A DNA stretch of 64,000 bases from Promethearchaeota archaeon (lineage in GTDB: Archaea > Asgardarchaeota > Lokiarchaeia > Sigyniarchaeales > SOKP01). The stretch spans positions 96,001 to 160,000 of the forward strand of contig JAEOTA010000086.1 of assembly GCA_016840085.1 (NCBI GenBank). The letters run 5' to 3'. Made by a program: the position numbers and the translations under genes. Of this stretch, positions 38,962 through 50,347 are shown in pieces. Each line of letters begins with the position of its first letter. Position 1 is the first letter of the stretch. The notes beneath the pieces were generated by a model. It was not told the DNA's origin. It ran no database searches and saw only the letters and a program-made list of their open reading frames with translations.

Positions 38962-41205
38962 TCATACAAACAACCTATCTTCCTTTGATTCTTCTATTCT
39001 CCGACTTTTAAGTCTTTCACCAAATTTTTCATACCAATTAATTACTTCTGTAGTTAAAGTAGGATAAACAAGTTTTCTGGCTTCTTCAAAGTGAACCCGT
39101 GATACTTTTCTAGCTCTAATGTTCTCTCGTAATGCAATCATAGCGGCTTCACGACATAATGTTTCAATATCTGCTCCAGAAAAACCATCTATTAACTCCT
39201 TCAAAGATTCAAGTTCTATATTATTAGCTAAAGGCATATCTTTTGTAAATATTTTTAATATCTCCAATCTACCTTGTTCATCGGGAGATGTCACTAATAA
39301 TATTCTATCAATCCTCCCAGGTCTTATTAAAGCGGGATCTAAAATATCGGGACGATTTGTTGCAGCAATTACTACAATATCCTTATTTATTTCTAATCCA
39401 TCCAACTCCGTTAAAAACTGAGAAAGTACTTTTTCAGACACTCCAGAATCTGTCGTATGGCGACCTCTACTTGGAGCTATTGAATCAAATTCATCAAAAA
39501 AGATGATACAAGGAGCTGCCATTTTGGCTTTACGAAATACTTCTCTTATTGCCTTTTCACTCTCTCCAACCCACTTTGATAGAAGCTCTGGCCCTTTAAT
39601 TGAAATAAAGTTAGCTTTACTTTCAGTTGCTACTGCTCTTGCTAATAAAGTCTTACCGCATCCGGGAGGACCATAAAGTAAAATTCCTCTTGGAGGTCTT
39701 ATTCCCATACGTTTAAATATTGTTGGATGAGACAGCGGCCATTCTACTGCTTCGATCAATTTCTGTTTTAACTCATCTAATCCCCCTACTTGATCCCATT
39801 TCACATTTGGTACTTCTACAAACACTTCTCTTATTCCAGAAGGTAATACTTCTTTTAAAGCCTCACTAAAGTCGTTTCTATTCACTTCAATTTGTTCAAG
39901 TAATTCTGGATCAATTATTTCTGACTCCAAATCTATTTTAGGTAAATATCTTCGTAATGCAGACATTGCAGCTTCTCGGCATACAGCAGAAATATCAGCC
40001 CCTACAAATCCATGAGTTATTTGTGCATATTCCTTTAAGGATATCTTTTTATCAAGGGGCATATTTCGAGTATGTATTTGAAGAACTTCTAACCTACCTT
40101 TCTCATTCGGAACTTTTATCTCGATTTCACGGTCAAACCTTCCCGGTCTTCTTAAAGCGGGATCTAAACTGTTTGGTCGATTAGTAGCACCAATAACAAT
40201 AACTTTTCCTCTGCCATGTAATCCATCCATTAATGCTAGTAATTGAGCAACAACTCTACGTTCCACTTCTCCGGTAACAGTTTCTCTCTTTGGAGCAATT
40301 GCATCTATTTCATCTATAAAAATGATTGATGGACTTTTTTCATCGGCTTCCACAAAAAGCTTACGTAATTTTTTCTCGGATTCTCCATAAAATTTACTCA
40401 TAACTTCTGGTCCGTTAATCGAAATAAAATGTGCTTCACTCTCATTCGCAACAGCTTTGGCTAATAATGTTTTTCCGCAACCTGGAGGGCCTCTTAGTAA
40501 AACACCTTTTGGAGGATCAATTCCTAAACGTTTAAATAAAGAAGGATGACGTAAAGGTAATTCAACCATCTCTCTCACTCTTTGAATTTCTCTATCTAAC
40601 CCTCCAACATCTTCATAAGTTATATAATCCGCTCCTGTTTCGATATCTTCAGTAACTTTATCACTAATGTTAAGAACAGTCTCTTGTTTTATCATGCAAA
40701 CTCCGTTTGGTCTCATATTAATAACTTTAAAAGTAATTTCTCTACTGATGCCTATAGAAATAAAAATATAATCGTCAATTGTAATTGGGTAATTATTTAG
40801 TTTTCTTTTAACAAAACTTTCAAACCGTGGATTATTTCGTATTTTAACACTTGAAGGTGCTAAAACAACATTCTGAGCAACTTCTGCTTTAACTTTACGA
40901 ATTTCAAGAGTATCATCAATCCGAGTTCCAGTATTTTTTTGCAATCTGGAATCTACACGTACTATCCCTAGACCATTATCTTGAGGATAACTTGGCCAGG
41001 CAATTCCGGCACTTTGTTTCTTACCAATAACTTCAATAACGTCACCAGTTTCAATATTTAACTTTTCCATTGTATTTGGATCTATCCGAATGATATTACG
41101 CCCAATATCCCTTTTCTTAGCTTTTTGAACACGTAAAGTTACATTAGATATATTATTTTCGCGTTTATCATCAGTTTCTTTATCTTTATTGTCTTTCAAT
41201 GACAT
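38962..41205 (-). CDS. cdc48: CDC48/VCP/VAT AAA+ ATPase
   Basis: N domain plus two AAA modules (GPPGCGKT twice, DEID/DEFD, RPGRFD/RPGRID). Confidence 0.96.
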   Translation of the reverse strand: MSLKDNKDKETDDKRENNISNVTLRVQKAKKRDIGRNIIRIDPNTMEKLNIETGDVIEVIGKKQSAGIAWPSYPQDNGLGIVRVDSRLQKNTGTRIDDTLEIRKVKAEVAQNVVLAPSSVKIRNNPRFESFVKRKLNNYPITIDDYIFISIGISREITFKVINMRPNGVCMIKQETVLNISDKVTEDIETGADYITYEDVGGLDREIQRVREMVELPLRHPSLFKRLGIDPPKGVLLRGPPGCGKTLLAKAVANESEAHFISINGPEVMSKFYGESEKKLRKLFVEADEKSPSIIFIDEIDAIAPKRETVTGEVERRVVAQLLALMDGLHGRGKVIVIGATNRPNSLDPALRRPGRFDREIEIKVPNEKGRLEVLQIHTRNMPLDKKISLKEYAQITHGFVGADISAVCREAAMSALRRYLPKIDLESEIIDPELLEQIEVNRNDFSEALKEVLPSGIREVFVEVPNVKWDQVGGLDELKQKLIEAVEWPLSHPTIFKRMGIRPPRGILLYGPPGCGKTLLARAVATESKANFISIKGPELLSKWVGESEKAIREVFRKAKMAAPCIIFFDEFDSIAPSRGRHTTDSGVSEKVLSQFLTELDGLEINKDIVVIAATNRPDILDPALIRPGRIDRILLVTSPDEQGRLEILKIFTKDMPLANNIELESLKELIDGFSGADIETLCREAAMIALRENIRARKVSRVHFEEARKLVYPTLTTEVINWYEKFGERLKSRRIEESKEDRLFV

Positions 41206-41294
41206 AATAATTCGATGATTTGCAACTATTCTTTCTTTAATATTTAAAAAAATTAACTTTGTAAAAATTTTTGCTTTTTTTCTTTAATACAAGT

Positions 41295-42350
41295 TTAATT
41301 TTTTTTGAAAAAATTATCCAACGAAACTTGAACTTTTCCATCTTTTAATTTCCTCAATCTTTCTAAAGCGTTTTCTACCCTTTGTTTTGAGAAATTGTGC
41401 TGCTCTATTAATAGTTCTTCTATTTTTTCCAAGTCAATTTTCTTGGATTTTGTTAGATGATAATCCTTATTAATATTAGGATTTAGAAAGATATTTTTAA
41501 TATTATTAGCTATCTCTAAATCCAGTGAAATCTCCTTACCTCCAACCTTAACCTTATTCTTTATAATATTTTCTATTGAGTCGTATTTCTTGATTAGATT
41601 TAAAGCTATTTTTTGACCAATGCCCTTGACGCCAGAGAAGAAATCTGTACCTATTAAAACACCCATCTCTATCAATTGTTCTCGGGTGATATCAAGATTT
41701 TTCAGAAATTTAGCTAATGAGACATATTCAATATCTAAAGTAACAGTAGTATCTTTTACTTTTTTACTCCTGCTAATGGCAAAATTTCGGATTAAACGCT
41801 TACCACCAAATAATAAGGTGTCATAATCTTGAGAAGCACATGCCCATGCATCCCCTCGATCAACCATGTAGGCTGCCTGAGCTTCTCCTTCAGTACTTGC
41901 TTGAACTATTGGAATTCCCATATATTTTATCAATTTCTTACTTTCTTCAATCATTCCAGCATCTAATTTTGAAGTTAACTGAGCATATTTTTTAGCTTGT
42001 TTAAAATCTTCAGCATCCTGAGCTTCAACCATTTTTTTAGTAGCATCATCTTTAATTTTTTTCCTTTCTCTTATTGTCTCTAATTTTAATTCTAAAGGTT
42101 CACCATCAAATACATAAATAGGTTTAATATCATGCTCTAAGAAGTTTATATTCCTATAGAACAATCCAGATAGATGAGAAGTTATATTTCCTTGATAATC
42201 TTTTAATGGAGTACCATCTCTTTGGCGAATTATTGCTAAAAATTGATAAATCGTATTAAATGCATCAATAGCTATGTTTTTTTTAAAAAGGTTTTCAAAA
42301 GTTATAGTTCTTTTAACTTCCTTTACTAATTCATTTATTTTTACGCCCAT
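41295..42350 (-). CDS. fen1: Flap endonuclease 1
   Basis: MGV, IDAFNTIYQFL, EGEAQAA, SQDYD, GTDF; PIP box QVSLDNFF. Confidence 0.96.
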   Translation of the reverse strand: MGVKINELVKEVKRTITFENLFKKNIAIDAFNTIYQFLAIIRQRDGTPLKDYQGNITSHLSGLFYRNINFLEHDIKPIYVFDGEPLELKLETIRERKKIKDDATKKMVEAQDAEDFKQAKKYAQLTSKLDAGMIEESKKLIKYMGIPIVQASTEGEAQAAYMVDRGDAWACASQDYDTLLFGGKRLIRNFAISRSKKVKDTTVTLDIEYVSLAKFLKNLDITREQLIEMGVLIGTDFFSGVKGIGQKIALNLIKKYDSIENIIKNKVKVGGKEISLDLEIANNIKNIFLNPNINKDYHLTKSKKIDLEKIEELLIEQHNFSKQRVENALERLRKLKDGKVQVSLDNFFKKN

Positions 42351-42416
42351 TTTCTCTTATATATCATTTTTTTGCCGTATCCACTAATATATATGATACA
42401 ACTTATATAATTTCCA

Positions 42417-42992
42417 CTAATATATGATATTATTTTTTGGGCGTCTTTTCAATTTAAGACCACAAATTTCACAAATTTTATTAAAATCTTCAGTTTTATG
42501 AATAGTTTTGCAATTTGGGCAATAAATTTCCCATATTATCTTTTTCTCAATCCCATCTTTATATAATGAAGTATATGGTATATTTAATTCAGAACATACA
42601 TTCTCAATTGAATAATCATTAGTATAAAGGTTTACTTTTTGATGATAATTCACAGATAATTCTAATGTTAATGCTATTAATCCTTTATCAACATTTGATA
42701 AAGCATTTAAATCACCTGTTATTTTAGATTTTTTATTTACATCTCGGATGTATTTAATACTAGGGATTTTTATCCTTAATTTTTCACTCTCGATAGCAGC
42801 GTAAATTTTATTTAATATATGTCTATTTTTTTCCATGTATTTACTGACTTTTACTTCTTCAATTACATATGGGGTGGTATATATGATGCTTTTAAATAGA
42901 TTAAAATCAATTCCCGTAAGGAATATATTTGTATCAAAAACAGCAATTTGATCTTTATCTTTTATATCGTCATTCTTCAGGTGAGTCATCAA
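42417..42992 (-). CDS. nob1: Nob1 endonuclease (PIN + Zn ribbon)
   Basis: VFDTN, LSNVD, TNDYSIENV, CPNC...CEICG. Confidence 0.88.
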   Translation of the reverse strand: MMTHLKNDDIKDKDQIAVFDTNIFLTGIDFNLFKSIIYTTPYVIEEVKVSKYMEKNRHILNKIYAAIESEKLRIKIPSIKYIRDVNKKSKITGDLNALSNVDKGLIALTLELSVNYHQKVNLYTNDYSIENVCSELNIPYTSLYKDGIEKKIIWEIYCPNCKTIHKTEDFNKICEICGLKLKRRPKNNIIY

Positions 42993-43866
42993 TGGGTACT
43001 CTCAATGTTCCTATAATTTTCTTCCTTAAACGAGAATAATAACTTCTACTAAATCGAATGAATTTTGTTTGAGATTTGGATTTACGAATTCTAATTTTAG
43101 TATTAGGAGGAATTTCTTTAATGGTTCTCTGACCATCTATAACAATTTTAGCATTTAATCGTGGTCGTAAAAGCTGGATCTCAATTTCTGAGTCTATCGG
43201 AACTATTATTGGTTTTAACCCAGATCCAGCAAAACTATTTAATGGAGTGATTTGCATAATTTCCAAATTTGGATTAACTATTGCCCCACCAGCACTTAAG
43301 TTATAAGCTGTAGATCCAACAGATGTAGAAATTATTACACCATCTAAATAGGATCGGTTTAAAAAGGCACCATTAATTTTTATTGATACTTGTAAAACTT
43401 TAGAGCTTTTAGAAGATACAATTAAAACTTCATTTAATGCACTGTTAAGTTTTACTTCTTCAGAGTTCTTAACTATATATGGTGTAATTTTCGAACATAC
43501 TTCACAATCATATTCACCACTTGAAGCTTTTATTAAATCTTTAAATACAGTTCTTTCATTTGATTCGTCTAAAAAGCCTATGGAACCAACATTGACTCCC
43601 AAAATAGGTGGTGGGTTTTTTTGAGATAAACCATTTGCCACTCTTAATATTGATCCATCACCACCTATTATAACAATAAATTCTATATTCTCAGTGGTCA
43701 TTTCTGCTAAATCCATACCATTATGTGCGAATATTTTAGGAGCGATCCTCGTTTCTAAATACACAACTTCTCCTTTTTGAATTAAAAATTCAAATATTCT
43801 CTTTGCTACTTTAATTGCTCTTTCAGAATCCAATCTGCAAGCTATAGCAATAGGTTTTTTTTCCAT
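42970..43866 (-). CDS. nadK: NAD kinase
   Basis: GGDG, GSIGFL, LNE, DGVIISTSVGSTAYNLSAGG. Confidence 0.93.
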   Translation of the reverse strand: MEKKPIAIACRLDSERAIKVAKRIFEFLIQKGEVVYLETRIAPKIFAHNGMDLAEMTTENIEFIVIIGGDGSILRVANGLSQKNPPPILGVNVGSIGFLDESNERTVFKDLIKASSGEYDCEVCSKITPYIVKNSEEVKLNSALNEVLIVSSKSSKVLQVSIKINGAFLNRSYLDGVIISTSVGSTAYNLSAGGAIVNPNLEIMQITPLNSFAGSGLKPIIVPIDSEIEIQLLRPRLNAKIVIDGQRTIKEIPPNTKIRIRKSKSQTKFIRFSRSYYSRLRKKIIGTLRVPIDDSPEE

Positions 43867-43986
43867 GGTTATATGTCATTCTTTAATAAGATCCTAACTA
43901 ATTAAATATTGTTTATTACAAAAATAAATAATTATATAAAAAATATAATTAATGATTAATGAAGCCGTAAAATGATTTAGGTGTGC

Positions 43987-44415
43987 CTAGTTTGTAAAAA
44001 CCCTATTAATAAGAGTTTTACCGGCTAATTGCCAAAATTCTACTTGCGTAGCTGAAATTTTATCAGGATTTGTTTGAAGATCTTTCAGTTTTTTAATTAA
44101 AACCTCATCACTGGGCCAATCAACATCAATTGATTCATAAGATTCTAAATTCATTATGTTGATCGAAGCAACTTCGATAAAATTAATTTGAGCATTTCCT
44201 TTGATAATTTCAGGAATTTCTACCATCGAACCACTTGGAAATGTTAAACTTCTCTTATTATTATCAAATACTCCTACACAAACGACTCTTACTTTTGCAT
44301 GACCATGCTTTCCACTCTTAGAACGCTCAGTGCTTTTAATAATGCAAGGTTCTTCATCATCCATAATATATTGCCCTGATTTTAACTTTTGTATCTCTGT
44401 TCTTCTAATAGACAA
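43987..44415 (-). CDS. eif5a: Translation factor aIF5A/eIF5A
   Basis: Hypusine loop SKSGKHGHAK; TTG start. Confidence 0.95.
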   Translation of the reverse strand: MSIRRTEIQKLKSGQYIMDDEEPCIIKSTERSKSGKHGHAKVRVVCVGVFDNNKRSLTFPSGSMVEIPEIIKGNAQINFIEVASINIMNLESYESIDVDWPSDEVLIKKLKDLQTNPDKISATQVEFWQLAGKTLINRVFTN

Positions 44416-44567
44416 TTACTTTTCCACCTTAGTTTATCAATTTTTATCCAAATATTTTTAATTTTGATATTTCTTTTAATTTATAATATAATATATTTAT
44501 TCAAAAAAAAATATTAGTTTTTGATTATTATCTCAAATAATTCAACTAAATCTTTAGCTGGGATTTA

Positions 44568-45941
44568 ATGGTTTTATCACAACTTGGTAGATCTTTAGAT
44601 AATGCAATTCGAAAAATTAGACGACTTCCTATCGTGGATAAAGATGCAATAAATGCTCTTATTCAGGACTTACAACGAAGTCTACTTAGTTCGGATGTAA
44701 AAGTGGAATTAGTCTTCCAGATGACAGAAAATATTAGAAAAGAAGCGACACGTACTAAACTTCAAAAAGCAAGAAGGAAAGATTTTGTAATTAAATTAGT
44801 ACATGATGAGCTAATAAATCTTTTAGGAGGGAAACCAGCTCCGATACGTATAAAACCAGGAAAGAAGAATGTAATTCTACTTGTTGGTATTCAAGGTTCA
44901 GGTAAGACAACCACAATTGCAAAATTAGCAAAGTATTATAAAAGTAAAGGATTTAAGGTTGCCACATTGACTACTGATACTTGGCGACCTGGAGCTTATG
45001 AACAACTTGTCCAATTGTCAGAGCAAGTGGGAATAAAATGTTATGGTAATCCTAATGAAAAAAATGCTATTAAGATTGCTATTCAAGAAACAAAAAGAGC
45101 AATAAATGATGGGAATGATCTTATTATCGCAGATACTGCAGGTAGACATAAAGAAGAAAAAGAACTAATGAAAGAAATGTCAGTTCTTGAAGAAAAATTA
45201 AAACCAAATGAAATTATTTTAGTAATTGATGGTACCTTAGGTCAACAAGCATTTAAACAAGCAGAGGCTTTTGCTCAGACAACTAATTTAGGCTCAATTA
45301 TAGTCACTAAATTAGATGGAACTGCTAAAGGTGGTGGTGCTTTATCAGCTTGTGCAGCAGCAAAGGTAGGTATTCGTTTCATAGGGACAGGAGAAAAAAT
45401 AGAAAATCTCGAAGAGTTTGAATCATCTAAATTTGTTGGAACATTACTTGGTATCCCTGATATCGAAAGTTTAATCCAAAAAGTACAAGAAGCAGAAGTC
45501 GTTCCAGATGATGAAACAGTCAGAAGGATGATGATGGGGAAATTTACTCTTGAAGATTTATATATACAACTTACGAATATAAAAAAAGTTGGAAAATTTA
45601 AACAGATTTTATCTATGATGGGTGGAGGTAATATCCCAGATGTATTAAAGGAAGATGCTGAAAGGAATCTCGAAAAATGGAGGATTGTGTTAGATTCGAT
45701 GACCCATGAAGAGAAGATCAATCCCAAAATCATTAAAAAAACACGAAAAAGAAGAATTGCTATTGGAAGTGGGACAGAATATGCAGTGATTAATCGAATG
45801 CTTGAACAATATTCACAAATGAAAAAATTTATGCGAAGATTCCTCCAAATGCAGAAAAAAGGGAAAGGAGTCCCGGGGTTGCCGGGAATTCCTGGGGGAA
45901 AAGCGGCAGCAGATTTTATGAAAAAATTAGGTAAGTTTTAG
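44568..45941 (+). CDS. srp54: Signal recognition particle protein SRP54
   Basis: GIQGSGKTTT, DTAGRH, TKLDG; Met-rich M domain with SMT...RRIAIGSG. Confidence 0.97.
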   Translation: MVLSQLGRSLDNAIRKIRRLPIVDKDAINALIQDLQRSLLSSDVKVELVFQMTENIRKEATRTKLQKARRKDFVIKLVHDELINLLGGKPAPIRIKPGKKNVILLVGIQGSGKTTTIAKLAKYYKSKGFKVATLTTDTWRPGAYEQLVQLSEQVGIKCYGNPNEKNAIKIAIQETKRAINDGNDLIIADTAGRHKEEKELMKEMSVLEEKLKPNEIILVIDGTLGQQAFKQAEAFAQTTNLGSIIVTKLDGTAKGGGALSACAAAKVGIRFIGTGEKIENLEEFESSKFVGTLLGIPDIESLIQKVQEAEVVPDDETVRRMMMGKFTLEDLYIQLTNIKKVGKFKQILSMMGGGNIPDVLKEDAERNLEKWRIVLDSMTHEEKINPKIIKKTRKRRIAIGSGTEYAVINRMLEQYSQMKKFMRRFLQMQKKGKGVPGLPGIPGGKAAADFMKKLGKF

Positions 45942-45963
45942 ATCAACAATTAGAGCCTTTTAT

Positions 45964-46620
45964 TTGATTAAATTGGTAAATTTTCTACTTCTATTAAAAA
46001 AGATTACCGACTATAGTAAAAAGGATATTGATAAAGGAAATATTCCTATTATTATTTATGAATTATGTTCATGTATAAGAGAGGCCTTCTGTTTATCTTA
46101 TTCTATAAGAAAGGATAATAATTTATACTTATATTTTGAAAAAGAGTATGTTTTAATTAGATTTAAAGGAAAAAGATTAAGATATTTAGGTCCTGATGAG
46201 AGATCTCAAGCAATACTTTTAGATAAGGCCTTAAATAAAGCAAGACAGATCATCTCTCCAGAAAGTGAAAGATGGGAGAAATCAACTCCAGGAATATATA
46301 TAAAAAAATACTCTGATAATAATTCTTTTATGAATTCTTTTTTTTCAAATAAAAAAGGAAAGATATATCTCATTTTAGATAATTTTAAAGAAAATAATAA
46401 AAAAATAGATATTCTTTCATTAGATAAGGACTTCTTAGCTATTTTGGATAATGATTTTTATATTATTCCGACTTATAATACTTTAAATGAAAATATGGAA
46501 TTTTTAGAATTATTCAAAACCTTAAAAAATATATTGAGATTATCCATTCCAAAAGCTAAAACAATAGAAAATAAAATTCTATATTTAAATTTTCGTAAGG
46601 ATCAACAAACAAATCTATAA
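45964..46620 (+). CDS. TrmY-like SPOUT protein (divergent)
   Basis: CIREAFCLSYSIRKD, LRYLGPDERS, STPGI match TrmY; C-terminal knot region is divergent. Confidence 0.65.
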   Translation: MIKLVNFLLLLKKITDYSKKDIDKGNIPIIIYELCSCIREAFCLSYSIRKDNNLYLYFEKEYVLIRFKGKRLRYLGPDERSQAILLDKALNKARQIISPESERWEKSTPGIYIKKYSDNNSFMNSFFSNKKGKIYLILDNFKENNKKIDILSLDKDFLAILDNDFYIIPTYNTLNENMEFLELFKTLKNILRLSIPKAKTIENKILYLNFRKDQQTNL

Positions 46621-46635
46621 TATTAAAACATAGAT

Positions 46636-48030
46636 ATGATTTTAAAAAACGCAAGAGTTTATTCTGATGGTTTAATTCATAATGGAGCTATTCTCATCAA
46701 TAATGGTATTATAAGTCAAATTAAATTTACCTCTAAAGCAGAAGAATTTAAAGAATTAACTGAAAAAAATCAAGATGGTAAAGAAATTGATTGTCAAAAT
46801 AAATTAATCTTGCCAGGGATAATCGATATTCATTCTCATTTGCGTGATATGGGACAAAAAGAAAAAGAAACATTCCTAACTGGTACGATGGCAGCTGCTT
46901 TTTCAGGGATAACAACCATATTTAATATGCCAAACACAAAACCACCAGCTATTACTGAAAAACAAGTTAAATCATGGATTAGAGAAGCCGAAAAAAATAT
47001 TTATGTAGATGTAGGATTTATAGCAGGGGTTCCTAATGAAATAAATGAAGCTGAAATAGAAAAAATCATTAATTTAGGCATTTTTGGTTTCAAGATTTAC
47101 CCTCTTAGTCCTTTAAATGATATAGATTGGAATAATGGTGTAAATATTCAAAAAATCCTAATTATCTCTTCTAAATACCAAGTTCCGATATTTATTCATG
47201 CTGCATTTCCTATCTCTGATTTTGAAAGAGAACAAATTACTGAAGAATTTAAAATTCAAAAAATTCCAATATTAGAATTTCATAATAGATTAAATCCAGT
47301 TAAAACAGAGGAAGAGTATATTAGCTTTATAATTGAAAGCTATAAAAAGCTTATTATAGAAGAGGAATTTAATCCAAAGAAATATCCAATCATTCATTTT
47401 TGTCATGTGAGTTGTATCGAAAGCTATTTAACTATTCAAAGAGCCTTAAAATCAGATGACGATTTAAAAATATCTTACGAGGTCACACCACATCATCTAC
47501 TATTGTCAAATAATCTAACTTTAACAAATGTTAATTATGGAAAAGTATTACCTCCTTTAAGAAAACTGGAGCATCAAAAATTCTTATTCAATGAGTTAAA
47601 AGAAGGGAAAATTGAAATAATAGGCACTGATCATGCACCCCACACAATAGAGGAAAAATCGTTAGAATATCTCAAAGCACCATCAGGGTTCCCCGGTTTT
47701 GAAACATATCCATTATTAATTCTTGATAAAATATTTAATTTCGAACTTCCATTAGAGAATTTTGTTAAGGCATCCTCTGAGAATCCCGCTAAGAAATTCA
47801 ATTTAAAAAGTAAAGGTTTTATTAAAGAAGGTTATGATGCTGATTTATTAATTGTTGATAAAGTACCCAAATACCAACTAAATCTAAACAATTTTAGGAC
47901 CAAAGCTAAATTTTCTCCTTTTGAAAATTTTAAAACTAGTGTTCAGATTTGGAAAGTATTTTTAAGGGGAATTGAAATAAATTATAATAATATTAACCCA
48001 AATGGAAAAATAATATATAGAAAGTTATAA
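46636..48030 (+). CDS. pyrC: Dihydroorotase
   Basis: PGIIDIHSHLR, MPNTKP, EVTPHHL, GTDHAPH, NPAK. Confidence 0.88.
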   Translation: MILKNARVYSDGLIHNGAILINNGIISQIKFTSKAEEFKELTEKNQDGKEIDCQNKLILPGIIDIHSHLRDMGQKEKETFLTGTMAAAFSGITTIFNMPNTKPPAITEKQVKSWIREAEKNIYVDVGFIAGVPNEINEAEIEKIINLGIFGFKIYPLSPLNDIDWNNGVNIQKILIISSKYQVPIFIHAAFPISDFEREQITEEFKIQKIPILEFHNRLNPVKTEEEYISFIIESYKKLIIEEEFNPKKYPIIHFCHVSCIESYLTIQRALKSDDDLKISYEVTPHHLLLSNNLTLTNVNYGKVLPPLRKLEHQKFLFNELKEGKIEIIGTDHAPHTIEEKSLEYLKAPSGFPGFETYPLLILDKIFNFELPLENFVKASSENPAKKFNLKSKGFIKEGYDADLLIVDKVPKYQLNLNNFRTKAKFSPFENFKTSVQIWKVFLRGIEINYNNINPNGKIIYRKL

Positions 48031-48090
48031 AGTATATATGCTAAAACAGTATAATTATATATAACTCATTTGAATGATAGGAGCTATAAC

Positions 48091-48720
48091 ATGTCTAAAA
48101 ATGATGAATTTAATTTAGAAGAAGGGAGAATACTATTAGAATTCGCTCGAAAAAATATTGAATTTTTTTTAGAAAACAATAGGAGAATTCCAGTACCAGA
48201 AGAAATAAAAGAAAAATTTCAAAGTAAATATGGTGCTTTTGTTACTTTAAATAAATTTAATGTTACAGGAAATCAATTAAGAGGATGTATTGGTTATATT
48301 GAACCTACATATCCATTGTATGACGTTATACACAGAGTCTCTATCAGTTCAGCTATAGAAGATCCACGATTTCCCTCCGTTTTACTAGAAGAAATGGATG
48401 AAATAATCATTGAATTATCGATATTAACACCACCCAAATTAATTAAAGTGGAAAATACAAATGGTTACTTCAATAAAATTGTAATTGGGAGAGATGGGCT
48501 TATAGCAGAGAGAGGGATGAGAAGAGGTTTACTTCTTCCTCAAGTACCTGTTGATCATGACAGAAATTGGGATGTAGAAACGTTTCTTTCACATACATGT
48601 AAAAAAGCGTGGTTACCAAAAGATGCATGGAAAGAAAAAGAGACAAAAATTTATTCTTTTCAAGCAATTCTATTTGAAGAGAAGACACCAAGAGGAGAAG
48701 TAATAAGAAAATATTTATGA
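48091..48720 (+). CDS. AMMECR1-domain protein
   Basis: GAFVTL, LRGCIG, DPRF, GLLLPQV. Confidence 0.92.
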   Translation: MSKNDEFNLEEGRILLEFARKNIEFFLENNRRIPVPEEIKEKFQSKYGAFVTLNKFNVTGNQLRGCIGYIEPTYPLYDVIHRVSISSAIEDPRFPSVLLEEMDEIIIELSILTPPKLIKVENTNGYFNKIVIGRDGLIAERGMRRGLLLPQVPVDHDRNWDVETFLSHTCKKAWLPKDAWKEKETKIYSFQAILFEEKTPRGEVIRKYL

Positions 48721-48829
48721 AAATAATTAATCTTTACTTTTAAGAAGGGAACTTAAAAAGATTTTACAAATTACTTTATCATTGAATTTAGATAAATTAG
48801 AAAATTAAAAAATAAGGATTACCTATTAA

Positions 48830-50338
48830 ATGGAAAGTTCTGATAATAAAATCCTAACAATTGATATATCTTCCAATAATATAAAAGTAGGTTTAGTTTC
48901 AGAAAAATTAGAATTAGAAGCTTACTCACTTCAACCTTATGAAATAATTAATGAAGATATCGATGGATTTGCAAAATCAATTGATATGACCAACCTTTGG
49001 AAACAAATTAATACAGGTATTAAAAATGTATTAAAAAGGGGAAAATTTGAAAGATTACTAGGAATATCTTCATGCGGACAAAGGATGGCAGTTGTTTTCT
49101 TAGATAAAGCAGGTAATGAAATTTATGGTGGTCCTAATACAGATATTAGGGGTATTGATTCTGCCTATCTTATAGAAGACCACTTCTCTGAAGAGGAATT
49201 ATTTAAAATTACTGGTCATAGCCCTTCTGTGATGTTTGTATTAGCTCGCTTATTATGGTTTCAAGAAGAAGAGGAGGATAAATTTAAACAAATTAGTAAA
49301 ATATTGATGCTTGATGATTGGATTGTATATAAACTCACTGGAGAATGTTATACTGACTATACATCTGTTGGTGAATCTCAACTTTTTGACGTGAATAAAA
49401 AAACATGGAGTTCAGAAATTATAGACGCATTTAATTTTGACAATGAAATATTTCCTGAAATTGTGAAATCTGGAACAGTTATAGGTAATTTGAAATCGGA
49501 ATTAATCAAAAAGTATGGAATAAAACAGATCGAGATTCCTGTTATCAAAGGTTGTGGGGATACCCAAGCAAATTTAATAGGTATGGGAGTAATTGAAGAT
49601 GGAAATATAGGAATAACTTTAGGTACAACAGCTCCAGTTCATTTAGTTGTAAATAAACCTATATTTGACACTGAATTAAATTTTTGGACAGAATGTCATA
49701 TAATTGATGATAAATGGCTAATTGAGGCAAATACTGGAAGTGCAGGTAGAGTCTATGATTGGTTTAAAGATGCATTTCTACATAATACCATAATAAATGG
49801 CGATGACTTAATGCAATCCTATTTGCATAAAAGTAAACCTGGAGCAGATTCAACTTATGCGTTTTTAGGACCTGAACTTATGGCAATTAAAGATATGACT
49901 TCAATTAAGAGGGGAGTCTTCACTTTTCAGCCTCCAAGCATGATTGGTGAAAGATTGCCAAAAATAGAAAACTTTGCTAGAAGTTCTATTGAAAATATAT
50001 GTTTTGGAGTATTAGAAAATGTTCAAGCTTTATGTAAATTTACCGATTCAGATGTGAAAATATTTACTTCAGGTGGAATGTCAAAGTCAAAGGAATTATG
50101 TAAAATTTTAGCAAATGTTTTGAATAAAAATTTGCATGTACCTTTGGTTAAAGAATCAGCATTTATAGGATGTGCTATGAACGTATTAGTAGGTTTGAAA
50201 TTATATTCTAATTATAAAATAATTTTAGATAAATTGGTAAATTTTGAAAAATTCCATGTTGATTCTTCTATTTCAGAGGATTACAAAAATATATATACTG
50301 AGTGGAAGAATTTAAAAAATAAATTAGATGATTTATAA
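48830..50338 (+). CDS. FGGY carbohydrate kinase (divergent)
   Basis: SSCGQR, DIRG, GDTQA, GTTAP, SGGMSKS. Confidence 0.85.
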   Translation: MESSDNKILTIDISSNNIKVGLVSEKLELEAYSLQPYEIINEDIDGFAKSIDMTNLWKQINTGIKNVLKRGKFERLLGISSCGQRMAVVFLDKAGNEIYGGPNTDIRGIDSAYLIEDHFSEEELFKITGHSPSVMFVLARLLWFQEEEEDKFKQISKILMLDDWIVYKLTGECYTDYTSVGESQLFDVNKKTWSSEIIDAFNFDNEIFPEIVKSGTVIGNLKSELIKKYGIKQIEIPVIKGCGDTQANLIGMGVIEDGNIGITLGTTAPVHLVVNKPIFDTELNFWTECHIIDDKWLIEANTGSAGRVYDWFKDAFLHNTIINGDDLMQSYLHKSKPGADSTYAFLGPELMAIKDMTSIKRGVFTFQPPSMIGERLPKIENFARSSIENICFGVLENVQALCKFTDSDVKIFTSGGMSKSKELCKILANVLNKNLHVPLVKESAFIGCAMNVLVGLKLYSNYKIILDKLVNFEKFHVDSSISEDYKNIYTEWKNLKNKLDDL

Positions 50339-50347
50339 ATACTTGTT

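Noticed and set aside
38962-38975. CDC48 C-terminal LFV as a novel proteasome-gating variant
   Set aside because: It is a conservative variant of the HbYX tail; nothing further can be supported from sequence alone.
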